From the NCBI GenBank assembly GCA_035221665.1, contig CM069145.1:48298001-48362000 (forward strand): a stretch of DNA of 64,000 nt, given 5' to 3'. Under the pieces are notes generated by a model, which saw only the letters and a program-made list of their open reading frames with translations, was not told the origin of the DNA and did not search any database. Of the stretch, positions 48,601 to 61,608 are shown piece by piece. The position numbers were made by a program, and so were the translations under genes. This DNA is from Okamejei kenojei (Eukaryota). How positions within the stretch are numbered: the first letter of the stretch is position 1; each line of letters starts with the position of its first letter.

Positions 48601-51600
48601 AGAGCTAAGGGGCGAATCGTACCGGTTCGCGGAGAAGATGCTGCTCTCCGAGAAAATGGACGTCTCTCACTCCGACACCGAGGAGTCGGTCACCGAGGCG
48701 CCTCAGGCCTTCTGCCTGGGCTCGCAGGCGATCGGCCATTACCAGAGGCTGGCCGAGGCTTCGCCGGAGAAGGAGCTCGCCAGGCTGCACAGAATGATAC
48801 CGGGCAGCGCCGAGCACGACGGACGCTTCGAGAAGGTGGCGGTGCTGCACTACCCTTCCGAACCCGGCAGCCCGAAGCACGCCGTGTGGATGCGCTTCAG
48901 CGAGGACAGGCCGGAGGGCGGCAGGGAAAAGCTCACCTACGAGGACCGGGTGGACCGGACGGTGAAAGAGGCGGAGGAGAAGCTGACCGAGGTGTCCCAG
49001 TTCTTCCGGGACAAGACGGAGAAACTGAACGACGAGCTGCAGTCGCCTGAGAAGAAGCCGCGCAAGCGGGAGGGGGCGCAAAGCCCCCACTCGGGGTACA
49101 GCTCCCCCAGCAGCAGCCCGGAGAAGCTGAGACAGGCCGAGGTGTCGGGCGCTGACGAGTGGCTCCAGGAGAGGCAGGGCGAGCAGTACCTGCGCCGGTA
49201 CTCCGTCCGAGGCTCCGAGGAGAGGAGGGCGGCCATGGACTCTGCCCAGAGGACTCACGCGGCCCTCGCGGATGAGCCGAGGCACCCGACGAAACATGGC
49301 GAAGATCCGTCGCAGCCGCCGTTTCACCTGAAGCAAGCCGCCAAACACGAAACGCCGTGCGCCAAACCAGAGGCGGCCGCGAACCAGAAAACCCGCGAGT
49401 CGTCGTCTTCGCCGCGATGCTCCTACCCTCAGGACCAGCAGGCCGACGGCAGGTTGAGGAAAATGGCGGCTCCTTGCTCTGCCGCCCAGCTGGACGATGA
49501 GGAGAGGCCAAGCTTTGTGGAAAGAAACCTGGCGGAAGGGCCGCTGAACGGGTCTGTGAAAAGGCAGCATGAGAGCAAGTTGCCCACCTACCAGTTCTCC
49601 TTGAAGGAAATCAACCAGAAGAAGCTGGAGTATGCGGCAGAAGGGGCCATTTCGACGGCAAAGGAAGTGCACACCAGTAAATTCAAGGACTTGAGAGGTC
49701 TCGGAGGTCTCGGCATTGGGACGGAGCCTGTGTCGTCCACCGCGGTGCTTCAGAAGGCGGTGGACGTCGCGCCCAATGCCGGTGTTTCTCAGTTTGTGGC
49801 CCCTGTCCCGAAGCAGCTGGTGTTTGGGGCAAAAGGCACGGCTCGGATTTCTGAAATTAACCCGCCGTCGAAGAAAGAGCCCGAATCGCACGCCAGGTCG
49901 GACAAGGAGAGGAAGGTGTACAGAACCTGGGAAAATTGTGGGAATTCAAACCGTAAGTCACACAAGGACAAGCTGACGCACGTTCTTGTCCACGACAACC
50001 TGAAAGAGGGCGAGGCAGCTCAAGCTGAGGGGCAGACGAGGGAGAAGGTTGACCCCGTTTTGGAGAAGGAGCACCTTCCAAGCAATGGCCATCCGGCGAA
50101 GAAGGTTCAAGGGGCCCCGGTGAGCTCTCCGTCCAGGAAGGCTGGTTGCCCGGAGCGAGCTCCGGGGGGTGGCGAGAGATCTGGTGAGCAGACGCGAGCA
50201 AAGAGCGTGAGGAAAGAGAATCCCATCGCAGATTCCAGTCCGAGTTCCAGAAGAGAGGCCAAAACCAATGTCAAAGGTGCAAGACTGCAACGGTGGTCAG
50301 GTGAAATTGCGCAAGACTGATGCGGTAGCTAATCTGCCCAACGCGACGCTTGGCAGGACCAAAAAGGGTCAGCAGGTTTATCAAGTATCGGAGACCACTG
50401 TCCAGACCAAAGGCTCCAGGGACAGTCGGTCTAACAGGCTTGGGGAGAGCGTGGACCCAGGCAGCTACCGGGATGAGCTGGAAACCTCCCCCATCAAATC
50501 TCCCGACTCTCTGGAGTTTAGCCCCGTGAAGGATTCTTCGCTGAGTGAGTTCTTTGATCAGAGCCCGGTCGAGTGTTTGGAGAAAGCAGCGCCCTTGGCG
50601 AGCATTGAAGGATTTAAGGAGATAAAGTCCTTGCCCGTGTACGTCAACGTTGTTCAAATGGGGAAACACTGCGAGAAAGAATCTTCAGGCCCGCACCAAG
50701 TCAACGTTAAACGGATAATCAGTCAGGAAAGTAGGACTGTGCAGGAGACACGGGGCACCTTTTACACGGTTCGCCAGCATAAGCCATCGCCTTCCCCTCA
50801 GGGCAGCCCAGAGGATGACACCTTGGAACAGGTATCGCTGATGGAGAGTTCTGGTAAAAGCCCCGTTACACCCGAAACGCCCAGTTCTGAGGAAGTCAGC
50901 TACGAACTATCTTCCCAGGTGCCAACCATGCACGGAAAACCAAGTCCCATCCCTGAGGTGTCGGAGGAGGAGGAGGAAGAGCTGGTCAGGGTGGGCTCTG
51001 TTAAAGATGTGAGCGGCTTCACGAGACCCTTGAGGCCGAGTGAATTGGAGGGGAATGATAAGCGGCAGAAGGAAAATCGTGTGGCCTACATCGAGTTTCC
51101 CCCGCCCCCTCCTATCAACACCTTGGACACGGAGGTTCCCAGCGTCAGGAAAAAGGAATACTGTGCCAAGGCCAAGGATGGGCTGGACATGATCGAGCTG
51201 AACTTGCAGGAGATGCACGATAAGCATTTCATGGCCGAGCCCGTCATCCGAGTCCAGCCGCCGTCCCCCATCCCTCCCGGGGCCAACGACAGCGACTCCA
51301 GCAGCGACGAGTCCATCTTCCAGCCGGCCCCGCTGAAAAAGTACACGTTCAAACTCCAGGACGATTCCGCTCGCCCGGCCGGCCCGCCCAGGCCCAAAGC
51401 CACAGAGCAGCGCGGCAAAGACAACGATCCCCAGGACGGCGACGAGGACTTTGCCCTGGACGGCACTTCCGACGAGGACGAGCTTCCCGACGGCAACAAC
51501 GACCAGTCGGTCACCGAGTGCTCCATAGCAACGACTGCCGAGTTCTCCCACGATACCGACGCCACCGAGGTCGACTCCCTCGACGGATACGACCTGCAGG

Positions 51601-53472
51601 ATGAAGACGATGGCCTGACTGAAATGGACTCCAAATCCTTGAATCAGGGGCTAGAAACCAAGATGGATGTTTGGGTCACGGAAGGGATATTGAAGCAGGG
51701 GGATCGTTGCTATAGCCAGGGTAAACTTGCAGTAATTGAGGAAGAAGGAAAGGTAGGCGCTGAAGAAGAAACACCCTTGCAGTCTAAAGCTCAGACGTCT
51801 GAAAAGACAGGCGAAGGGAAAACTGATGGTAAACCAGGACCTGAGATCTTCACTTTGGAAGGCAGGCATCCTGAAAGAACCCGGTTTAATGATACGTATT
51901 TTAGTTACAAACTAGAGGAAGAATTGGCAACCCAGTTTAAAACTGTTGCCACCAAGGGCCTTGACTTTGATCCATGGTCTAACGGCCGAGGGGACGATGA
52001 AGTCTTTGAAGCTAGGTTGAGAGAGGATGAGCAAAAAGCCTATGGCTTAGCGGTAGAGGACAGGTCCCAGGCGACAACACCAGATACGACCCCAGCCAGA
52101 ACCCCGACAGATGAGAGCACTCCAACTAGTGAGCCTAACCCCTTCCCATTTCATGAAGGGAAGATGTTTGAGATGACTCGCAGTGGTGCAATTGACATGA
52201 GCAAGAGGGATTTTGTTGAAGAAAGGCTCCAATTTTTCCAAATTGGTGAGCATACCGCTGAAGGGAAGTCAGGGGACAAGGGGGAGAGGGGTAAAAGCGC
52301 ACTTGTAGTCATGGCACTGCCTCAGTCAGGGGAAAGCGCAGCTGAGGCATCACTCGAGGCACCGCAGGGTGGTCACGAGAAGGTCCAGGCTAACGGAGAT
52401 GGCCTGGAGTCGGTATCCAGCGGCAACACAGCGGACAGACCCTCAACCGCCACGGCTGCAAAAGTTGATCCGAAGTCACGCACGCCAATTAAAATGGGAA
52501 TCTCTGCCTCGACCATGACGTTGAAGAAAGATACGGGTGCAACTGAGATGGTTGAAGTTAAAGCTGATACTGTGCTGTTAGATTATCAGATGACGGAGCA
52601 TACAGTGCTAGAAGTAGCTGCAGTTGAGACTAGACCAACGAGTCAGGAATGTATTATAGAAAACTTCAGATCTGATTTGCCCGTAAACTATAATAAAGAC
52701 AAGTTTGATGCCCCAACCCCAGGTACTGACTGCACTCAGGGTGTGAGTCAGTCTGAAGCCAAGGCGACCATTGAACCAGCTGTCCAAACCGAAGAGAAAA
52801 ATCTCGGTTCATTGACATCCCCAAGGGCCGATGTAGTGAGGCCAGTCAAGCTGGCTGCTGAGCCAGCAAGAAAGCCCAAATCGAGACTTCCGGTAAAAAC
52901 AAACACTGCCCCCTTGCCAATTTCTCACACAGAACAGAAAACGACAACCTGCAAGATGAAGCAGGTTAGGAAGAGCGAGTTAAAGCCAAAAGCAGATCCT
53001 CCCAAACAATTTGACACCAAGTCTAGAATCCCTATGAAAAATAGTGACAAAACTAATTTGCCCTCGCTGACAGTATCCCAGCCCAGTTTAGAGCAGGGAC
53101 AGGTAGCGAAAGTAAAGTCGAAGCAATGTCATTCCAGATTGCCAGTTAAGGTAAGAGCCAGCACTACCACTAATGTATCGAGAGAGAGAGCAGGCAAGGG
53201 ACAACCGAGTGAGGGTTGTAAACATTCATTTGGATATTTTAAAGGGAATAGCAGTGAGGCAGTAACACTTGCGGATCGACGCGCCAACGAAGAGAAAAGG
53301 GGTCAGACAGAGATCTCTGATGAAGACGGCGCGCGGAGAAATGCATCTCTCTCGGAAGCCGGCGTACCTCCCACTGCATCGAGGTCTCCTAGAGATATGA
53401 GACCAGAGGCAGCACCTTTAAAATTAAAGGTTGAAAAGGTCTACAGTGAGACAAGGAGCAGTAAAAGGACTG
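45672..53472 (+). CDS. ANK3: ANK3 giant exon (480-kDa ankyrin-G serine-rich and tail domain), with an apparent +1 frameshift near 50209-50228
   Basis: Acceptor ttttaag|aa giving KIIERSTG. ORFs 45935..50320 and 50268..53543 match ankyrin-G throughout ([55 protein letters not shown]). Donor actg|gtgggg at RSSKRTG. The 7801-nt length is not a multiple of 3. Confidence 0.93.
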
Positions 53473-54123
53473 GTGGGGAGGAAAGCAGTCAGGTTTCTGG
53501 GCCTCGAGGGGCTCGCATCGCGGAGATCAAGCCTAGTTTGTAAAACTTTCGACTTGTTGATCTTTAGTGCATGACTATCTGTGATTGCCTGTGGCGTGAC
53601 TTATCCTTAGCTGCCGTGTCGTCATTGTCATTGTTTGTGTCGTCTCGTATTCCCCCTCCCCACCCCCCCCCCCCCATCCCCACCCACCCCCGTTCTCTCC
53701 AGTGTCATCCCGGTAGTTTTCTCTTAGTAAAGCATGCCGGCCAGTGTGAAGCAGAGAGCTGTAGGCCGCGTCCTCTCTGTAGTGCCACAATTCTCTAAGT
53801 CAGACAAATATCAGTGTGGCACTTCCACGAGAACCTTCATAAAACTTGTAAACGGTACTTGTATACCTCCAGTTACACAACATTCTTGGGTGTTTTCAGC
53901 ATGTTCAAATTCATATTTGTTACTACACTATGATTTTACATTTTTTTCTACATTCAGCTGAATTTGGAACTTATTAACGATCGCGGTAGGATTTACACTT
54001 GTGCAGACCACTAGGGCGTGTGTTTATTTCATTTATATGGGCACGAGTAGATTACTGACCTCAATTTGGATGTTAGGTACGTTACTTGTAATGTTGGCCT
54101 AATTCGTTGTTTAAAAACTGCAG

Positions 54124-54198
54124 GCCCTCAGAGCCCATGCGAACGGACCGATATAAGGACAGCCATAGTAGCAGATCATCTGGGACTGAGCTGGACAG
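54124..54198 (+). CDS. ANK3: ANK3 death-domain exon 1 (GPQSPCERTDIRTAIVADHLGLSWT)
   Basis: ctgcag acceptor, gtaaga donor at 54199, 75 nt, phase 1 to 1. Confidence 0.96.
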
Positions 54199-57100
54199 GT
54201 AAGATGTGCTGGTTATCTTCTGATTTCCCCCCACACAAAGACAGGAAACCTCGAATGAATTGTCACATCCAAACCCATGTTTGAAATCATTATACAGACA
54301 CAAAAAGCTGGAGTAACTCAGCAGGCCGGGCAGCATCTCTGGAGATGGACACAAAAAGCTGGAGTAACTCAGCGGGCCGGGCAGCATCTCTGGAGTAAAG
54401 GAATAGGTGAAGTTTCCGGTCGAGACCCTTCTTCAGACTGAGAGTGGGGAGAGGGAAACAAGAGATATGAAAAGGCTTTCTGCTGAGTGCTCTAGATACC
54501 GGTTACACCCTAGGGACGTGCTGGTGGATAAGATAATTGGTCACCATCGTGGAACTGCGCCAGTGCAGACTTGATCGGCTAAATAACGATGCTCCACAGT
54601 TTCATAGCATTAGACAGTGTGGATGCAGGCCCTGTTGCCCAACTCATCCACGTTAACCAAGATGCCTATCTGGGTAAATCCCATCTGCCTGCAATGGGCC
54701 CTCTTAATCTTTCCTGTCCATGTTTCTGGCCAAATTGCCCTTTAAATACTGATTGTATCCTCTCTACTATCTCCCCTGTCAGCTGACAGCCAAGTACTTT
54801 GCACATTCTGTATGGAAAAAACTCAGATCCCCTTTAAATCTTTTCCCCCTCACCTTGAACCTATGCGCTCTAGTTTTAGACACCCAGGCGCCGGGATAAA
54901 GACTTGGAACATCTTCCCTTCTCAATGACACTTCCGTGCCAGAAGGAAACTATGAGAATGGTTGCAAAGTTCATCTTCCAATCAACCTTTACAATTTCAA
55001 ATGTAACCAGTGTGAACTGTTTAAAGGATATTTTAACAGTTTTGCAGATTAGTTTAGTCTAGTTTAGAGATACAGTGCTGAAACAGGCCCTTTGGCCCAC
55101 CGGGTCCGCACCAACCAGCGATCACCCCATACACTAATACTGTCCTGCACACTCGGGACAATTTACAATTTTAATCAAAGCCAATTAACCTACGAATCGG
55201 CATGTCTTTGGAGTGTGGGAGGAAACCAGAGCACCCAGGGAAAACCCACGCGGTCACGGGGAGAGCGTACAAACTCCGTACAGACTGTACCCGCAGGCGT
55301 GATCGAACCAGGATCTCTGGCGCTGTAAGGTAGTAACTCTACTGCTGCGCCACCGTGCCACCCTTAGCGTCATTAAACTTGGCAAATGTTAATTGCCTTT
55401 TCGACCATTGTCATTTATCCAGAGCAGTAAGCTGATTGTCAATGTAGCCCAGATATTGAAATGTGCGTTTCTCCGACCGGGAGCGGTGGGAAAGGCCACC
55501 TCCAGGCCTTGCTTCAGCCAGGAACGCTGACCTGCATGCCATCTGCTGGCAGTTTATCGGTACCACAGGGCAGGCAAGCACTGCCAACAACAAACAGGCT
55601 TCTCTCCCATTTTGAGCAATATTAATCAACAGCTAAATGACTAATGCCTATTTGGTGAATAAGTGACTCCTGGCGAACAGTGAACTATTCTACATTTTCC
55701 TTGATCCACATCCCGTTTGATGTCTCGTTTTCAAGCCTTACACTTCCTTATCTCTGTCTCTTCCTCTCCCCTGACATTCAGTGTGAAGAAGGGTCTCGAC
55801 CCGAAACGTCGCCCATTCCTTCTCTACCTGTCCCGCTGAGTTATTCCAGCATTTTGTGTCCATCTTCAAAGAAAACAATATGTTCAGTTATGAAATTTAT
55901 CGAGTTGTTAAGAGTTATTACGTTTTTAGTTAGTACACTTGATTGCAGTGTGTTTGTTGCTGAAAGCATGGGGGGGGTTTAATTAGTTCTACTAATTAGT
56001 GTGTTTAGTTTAGCTTAGAGATAAAATGCATCAGGCCCGTAGGCCCACCGAGTCTGGGCTGACCAGTGATTCCAGCACATCGCACTATCCTGCACACACT
56101 AGGCACAATTTACAATTTTACCTAAGCCGATTAGCCTACAAACCTGTACATCTTTGGAGTTTGGGAGGAAACCGGAGTACCCAGAGAAAGTCCACGCAGG
56201 TCACGGTGAGAACGTACAAACTCCACACAGGCAGCGTCCCGTAGTCAGGATCGAACCCGGGTCTCTGGTGCTGAGGCAGCTCCTCTACCAATGTGCCACC
56301 CCATGAAAGTTCGCATTTTTCTCTTCCAATTTTAATATGACAAAAGCTAATGGGTGAAATGATGGAGCTTTTGAATATTATGAATATGTTTGATACCCAA
56401 GGAGACTTAAAATAGAAATGTTCCCGAGGTGGATGAGTCCAAGAATAGAACTCATAGAATAAGATATTCTCGAGCATATAACAAGAAATTTGTAAATTGA
56501 CTCTGTGGCAAGAAGATGGAATACAGTGGCACAGAGTTAAGGAGAACTGCATCGATACCTTTTTGGGGGAATCTGATATAGTATATAAGAAGAGAAGAAA
56601 TAGTCTTTTTTAAAGGATGAATTTGGAAAAAAGTATGAGAATGCTCGTGCAGAATAACAACTCGCATAGACCATTTGGGTCGGTGATTTGCTAGTGTGAA
56701 TTCTGCAGACGATGGGAAGTTTGTCAATGTACAGAAGCACAAAGCCCTGATGTTACTGTGTAAACCCCCAAACTCACATTGTGGCATTTCAGGTTACAGA
56801 AATTCGCCCTCACAAAATCAACTCATCACTGTCAAAAAAAAATTTGATATCCAGAATAAAAATTTGCTCTGTAGGAATTTACGTGCGAAGGAGAAATGAA
56901 CACAAAATTTATACAGAGAATTCGACTAGTGTACTAAGGACAATAATTGCAGGCTGTGAGAAGGCACTTAAGAGATTTCCTTTGGAAACTGACAAGGCAA
57001 CATCTTCGGTGGATACTTATACATTCATTCTTTAATCAATGTGACATTCACTTCTAGTTAATTTAAAAAAATAAACCTTCCTTTCCTGAAATGAATGATT

Positions 57101-57697
57101 AAATACTTTATTGTCACTTGTGACAAGTCACAGTGAAATTATTTGTTTTGCATAACCAAGGTATGCAAAGAGTCGCCACATAAAGAGCATCGACAAAGTT
57201 CCAAAGTACCCCACACCAGGTCCTCCTTTGTTCTCCCCTCCCCCTCCCTTACGGCGGTCCCCCCAGGTGCTCGGGTTTCCTCCCACACTCCGAAGACGTA
57301 CAGATTTGTAGGTTAATTTATTGGCTTCAGTGAAAATTGTAAATTGTCCCTGATGTGTCGGGTAGTGCTGGTGTACCGGGGTGATCGCTGGTCGTCGCTG
57401 ACTCGGTGGGCCAGAGCACCAATTTCCGCGCTGTATTTCTAAAGTTTAAAAGTGAATCTCCAACAGGAGTGCTGTAATGGGTTGTGCTGTTTAACCAGCA
57501 CAGGCAGGACATTAAAATGAGAGGAATAAGCCTTGCAATGAGAGAGATTGTACTTTTTATGTGTGTCTGCATTTAATAAGAGCAGGATTTACATTGCCGC
57601 CTTGCATGAACTCAACATTTGGCTTGTAGACAATAGCTGTGTCGCAACAAGGGAAATTAGAAAATAATGTTTTGTTTTGCATCTATTTTTCTTCCAG

Positions 57698-57829
57698 AAC
57701 TGGCAAGGGAATTGAACTTCTCTGTTGATGATATCAATCAGATTCGGGTTGAAAATCCAAACTCCTTAACTACTCAGAGCTTCATACTGTTAAAGAAATG
57801 GATTGTGCGAGATGGAAAAAGTGCGACAA
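57698..57829 (+). CDS. ANK3: ANK3 death-domain exon 2 ([44 protein letters not shown])
   Basis: cttccag acceptor, gtgagt donor at 57830, 132 nt, phase 1 to 1. Not in the ORF track. Confidence 0.96.
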
Positions 57830-58127
57830 GTGAGTTAAAAGGATGACGTGCTGGGCTGGAACTTGTTGGAATTGTGCTGGCATTTTTCTGCATAACTGTC
57901 GCCACGTTTGGGATGCCTGCACGGATTCCAAAGTCTCATACTTGCTGGCCATTCTGCGCTGGCAACGTCCCAACTGCACGAGGAAGTTGGAGCAGAGCAC
58001 AGATTTGCAGCAATTCCCAGTACTTACACTGGGGGCTCTGCTGAGCTTGTGCCAGGTTAATTGAGACACGATGAACTGCAAAAGCTGGGATCTTGCGCAA
58101 ATAGCAATCTTCAGGAGGAACTTGGTC

Positions 58128-58592
58128 ATAGAGTCGTACAGTGTGGAAACAGGCCCTTCGGCCCAACTTGCCCACACCGGCCAACACGTCCCAGCTGCAC
58201 TAGACCCACCTGCCTGCGTTTGACCCATATCCCTCCAAACTTGTCCTATCCATGTACCTGCCTAACTGTTTCTGAAATGTTGGGATGTTCCCTGCCTCAA
58301 CTACCTCCTCTGGCAACTCGTTCTATACACCCACCACCCTTTGTGTGAAAAAGTTATCCTTCAGATTCCTATTAAATCTTTTCTCCTTCACCTTAAACCT
58401 ATGTCCTCTGATCCCCGATTCCCCTACTCTGGGCAAGAGACTCTGTGCATCTACCCGATGTTTACCCCTCATGATTTTATGCACCTCTGTAAGATCACCC
58501 CTCATCCTCCTGTGCTCCAAGGAATAGAGTCCCAGCCTAGTCAACCTCCCCCTACAGCTCAGACCCTCATATCCTGGCAACATCCTCGTAAA
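58128..58592 (-). mobile_element. CR1 LINE 3' fragment (second subfamily, also present at ~6845-7225 on +)
   Basis: ORF 58323..58718 (RLGLYSLEHRRMRGDL...FFTQRVV); tail gggccgaagggcctgtttccacactg. Confidence 0.83.
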
Positions 58593-58745
58593 GTAAATGT
58601 GCAGTCTGGCCAAAGTAAAGGAAATGGATATTTGTCCGCCACCTTCACTGTGATCCCACCACCAGTCACATCTTCCCGAACCCATCCCTTTCCACTTTCT
58701 GAAGAAACCACTCCACAACTCCTTGGTTTGTTCAACACTTTCCCC

Positions 58746-59495
58746 TGTAAATTGCTCGTTCTAAACTTCCCCAGTCTAGTTTCAGTCAAAAAACGGTGAA
58801 TCAAGCACTTGCGCAACTTATCTTTATTTTGACAAAACACAATTACAGTTTAACCACTGTACCTAACCCACCGCGGGTTCGATCCTTGTATCTGCATGAT
58901 CAAGCCCTCTAGGCCTCGCTCAAACAGAGACACTCCAGAAGGTCATGCAGTCCTAAGCGCTGTCCCAGAAGATCAGTGCAGCACCTCGTGGTAGCTGGCT
59001 TTTATCGGTCCCCAGACCTCGAGGGGCCGAACCTCAGGGAGTGGTCTCTTTACAATCCAATTACAATCGATTAACCCCATACATAACAGATGTTTCCCTA
59101 ACCCATTAATACAGTGGCTAATACATTGTATTCAAACAGTGTTTCTCGGAGGAAGCGAACCTTGCAACATTTACCCTGATCTGCAAGAAAACCAGACAAG
59201 GCTCAATACCTCATCCAATCAACATTCAGTAACATAAAGCTTTGCAACATTTTTTACAAGGTGTATGTCTGGTTTGCAGTCATCCAATCCATTCTATGCA
59301 TTTTGCACCTAGTTGACAGGGTCTGCAGAAGTTCCCAATCCCTTCCTGCAGCTTGGATCTGGGCTCTAGACAGACACCACTTTACAGCTTGTTCCAGTTC
59401 CACAGAGAGCACTTTCAAATTGAGCAAATATCCCAGCAGCCCTGAAGCCTTTACCCAGTTTTAAACTAGCCTCTCCAATCTGGCCAGGATTAACA
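58746..59495 (-). repeat. 3' LTR of the ERV-like element (750 bp)
   Basis: On the minus strand it begins TGTTAAT directly after the purine tract AAAAAGGAAGGAA and ends ATTTACA (imperfect terminal inverted repeat). TATA-like GATAAAA at 59006-59000 and AATAAA at 58828-58823. The partner LTR is not in the window. Confidence 0.75.
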
Positions 59496-61608
59496 TTCCT
59501 TCCTTTTTATCATATATGATAACCCATCATTTATGATAACCAATTAGTTCAATAATCAGCTAGCCAGATATACATAAGTGTGTCCATTACAATTTCTATC
59601 TATCAGCAACAAAAGGTGATGTTTCTTCCCAGAATCATTTTAAGCTTCCCGAGTTTTCATGGGCGTAGCTCCACAATTTCCGTCTGATGAGTATTCACCT
59701 CCCGAGTTTTTGTGGGCGGGAAATCCCTCTATCCGTGTTGTTGCCCATTCTTCCATCCCTTTCCATAGTCGAACCTATAACATAAAATTCCTGACAAACT
59801 TGGTACAAAGCAAGTTACCGTCATGCACCCATGCTTTCCCATACATTCACTTTAATTCTGCCATACATATTCCTGTTAACCTATTATATTCTACTCTATC
59901 ACTGTATTCCTATTGCTATTCTATTCCATAATATACTCTTTGCTATCCTAAGATCAACACTAATCTGTTCTCTCCATATTCACACAATGTTATAATATGT
60001 ATATCTGATGATGGGTTTCCACATAAATTTCAGCTGGGTTCAGTCCAGATTTCCCTTCAGGTGTGACTAATTTAAAGAAAACCATGAGAAATGTTTCAAT
60101 TCAACCAAATTCTGTCTCGGCCTTCAATTTACTCTTTTAAAATTTCAGCGTCCATCTCATCCTTCTTATTCCGCAGCATTGTGGCCGATAACACAATTCC
60201 ATTCCTGTGGCATTCCCAGCTGTTCAAATTTAATCAATCAATTTCCATATGTTGTCAATTCCATCACAAATCCAATTAAGAATGTCAATTCCAGGAACAA
60301 TTTCTTTCCACCTTGATAATAGAAGTCGCTGTACCATCAAGGGTTAAACAATTTAGATCCATCGGTTAAAGATGCATCGGCTTTTCTATTCCTTCACCCA
60401 TTCAAGTTTCTCCTTCTAATTCACTAGGTCTCCTCCAGTACTTCTTACTAGGTTGGCTCTGTTCTCAGTTTAGGGGTTCTCGCTTATACTAGTTCTTAAC
60501 TACTGCTGAGTAATTTCTAGTCCGGTCTCTTAAAAGGTTCCCCCTTTGACCATTTCCTCACAGTTCCTCTTTTGACCATTTCCAATTATAACTCCAATTT
60601 CAATTCCAACTCCAATTCCAACTCTCATATTCTCTGAATAATTTCCATGTTAACAGATCTTCCCAAGTTCCATCCTTCCTGATGTCCTCTGAATAATCCT
60701 TCCCATCTTTGGCTGCCTGTCTCGGGATGAGATAATAACAATATCAATTAATAATCAAACTCCAAACATTCCCAAGCCAAATTCCACAAGTCCATTTCAA
60801 ATCTCAAAATTTAAAGTCGTTACCATTCAATTTCGAGACCGAATCCAAAATGTCCTAAATTTATTTCTAATAATCATAATTTAGACGCAAATTAGGTATT
60901 TTTACCCCGAACCACAGAGGAATGATTTTTAATTCAGTTCTTTAAAGAGGTGCTTGTCCCAATAGTCGTTATAGGTTGTCGGTGTTGTTTCTTTAAGGAA
61001 GATTAGATAGTGTCCTTTACTTTCCTTCCTTTTCTTCAAGAACTAGATGATGTTAAAGTTGGGCACTAGGGTAGGGTTTCTTCTTCTTCTCTGGTTTCAA
61101 GGGAGTAGGGATACTGAGAAGCTCTGTCTGGTGGCCTTCCCAAATTAGTCTTAAAGGGGCAGGAGAGTATCATTTCCTCCTGCTAGTTGATTCTTGTTTC
61201 TGGGGAGCTACATTACCTTTGCTGTCTTCTGCCCGTTCTCAAGGGGTCCGTGCATTCTATACCCCACTCCCCAGATAGTATGTTGTCGATTATACTGTCC
61301 TGCAGGCACAAACTCAGTAACAAGGTTAGTAAATAACTTCTTTCCCCACTCCTGCACCTCTTGCACAATAAGTCTGTTTCTTCTCTCCCTAGTGCCATTT
61401 CCATTCCTTAGTTACTATTCCTTCTCACGCCAGCTACTATGTTTCTTACTTCTTCCTTTCAGTGAGGGTTTCTCGAGAATTAGATTCTTTGTCTCTTCCT
61501 AGAGTCTGGAAGGGGTGATGTTCTTTCTGGTTTGTAATGCAGTTTCTCAGGCCATGTGAGGACGCATTTAAATTTAATAGGTGGTATTAACTGACTGGCA
61601 GGTTAGGG

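Noticed and set aside
48605-49891. 428-aa antisense ORF, and other minus-strand ORFs at 46009-46800 and 50907-51634
   Set aside because: These are shadows of the GC-rich ANK3 coding strand, with no recognisable domain.
50161-50230. Programmed ribosomal frameshifting as the explanation for the frame change
   Set aside because: There is no canonical slippery heptamer or +1 motif in the 50209-50228 interval. The G6 run at 50164-50169 lies upstream of the TGA at 50208 in the new frame, so a shift there cannot work.
45672-53472. Assignment to ANK2 or ANK1 instead of ANK3
   Set aside because: The serine-rich domain, DRRQSFASxALRKRYSY and PQSPCERTDIR are ankyrin-G-specific.
45935-53543. Two long ORFs read as two separate genes
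   Set aside because: Both are collinear parts of the single ankyrin-G giant exon. Coding begins at the splice acceptor at 45672, not at either ATG.
54297-54395. 51-bp-period direct repeat resembling a two-unit array
   Set aside because: It is a local tandem duplication within a Penelope-derived repeat. It has no spacers and is not CRISPR-like.
59500-61600. pol or env remnants inside the ERV
   Set aside because: I saw no DTGA, YxDD, HHCC/DDE or furin/CX6CC motifs, and only one short unrecognisable minus-strand ORF occurs in this interval.
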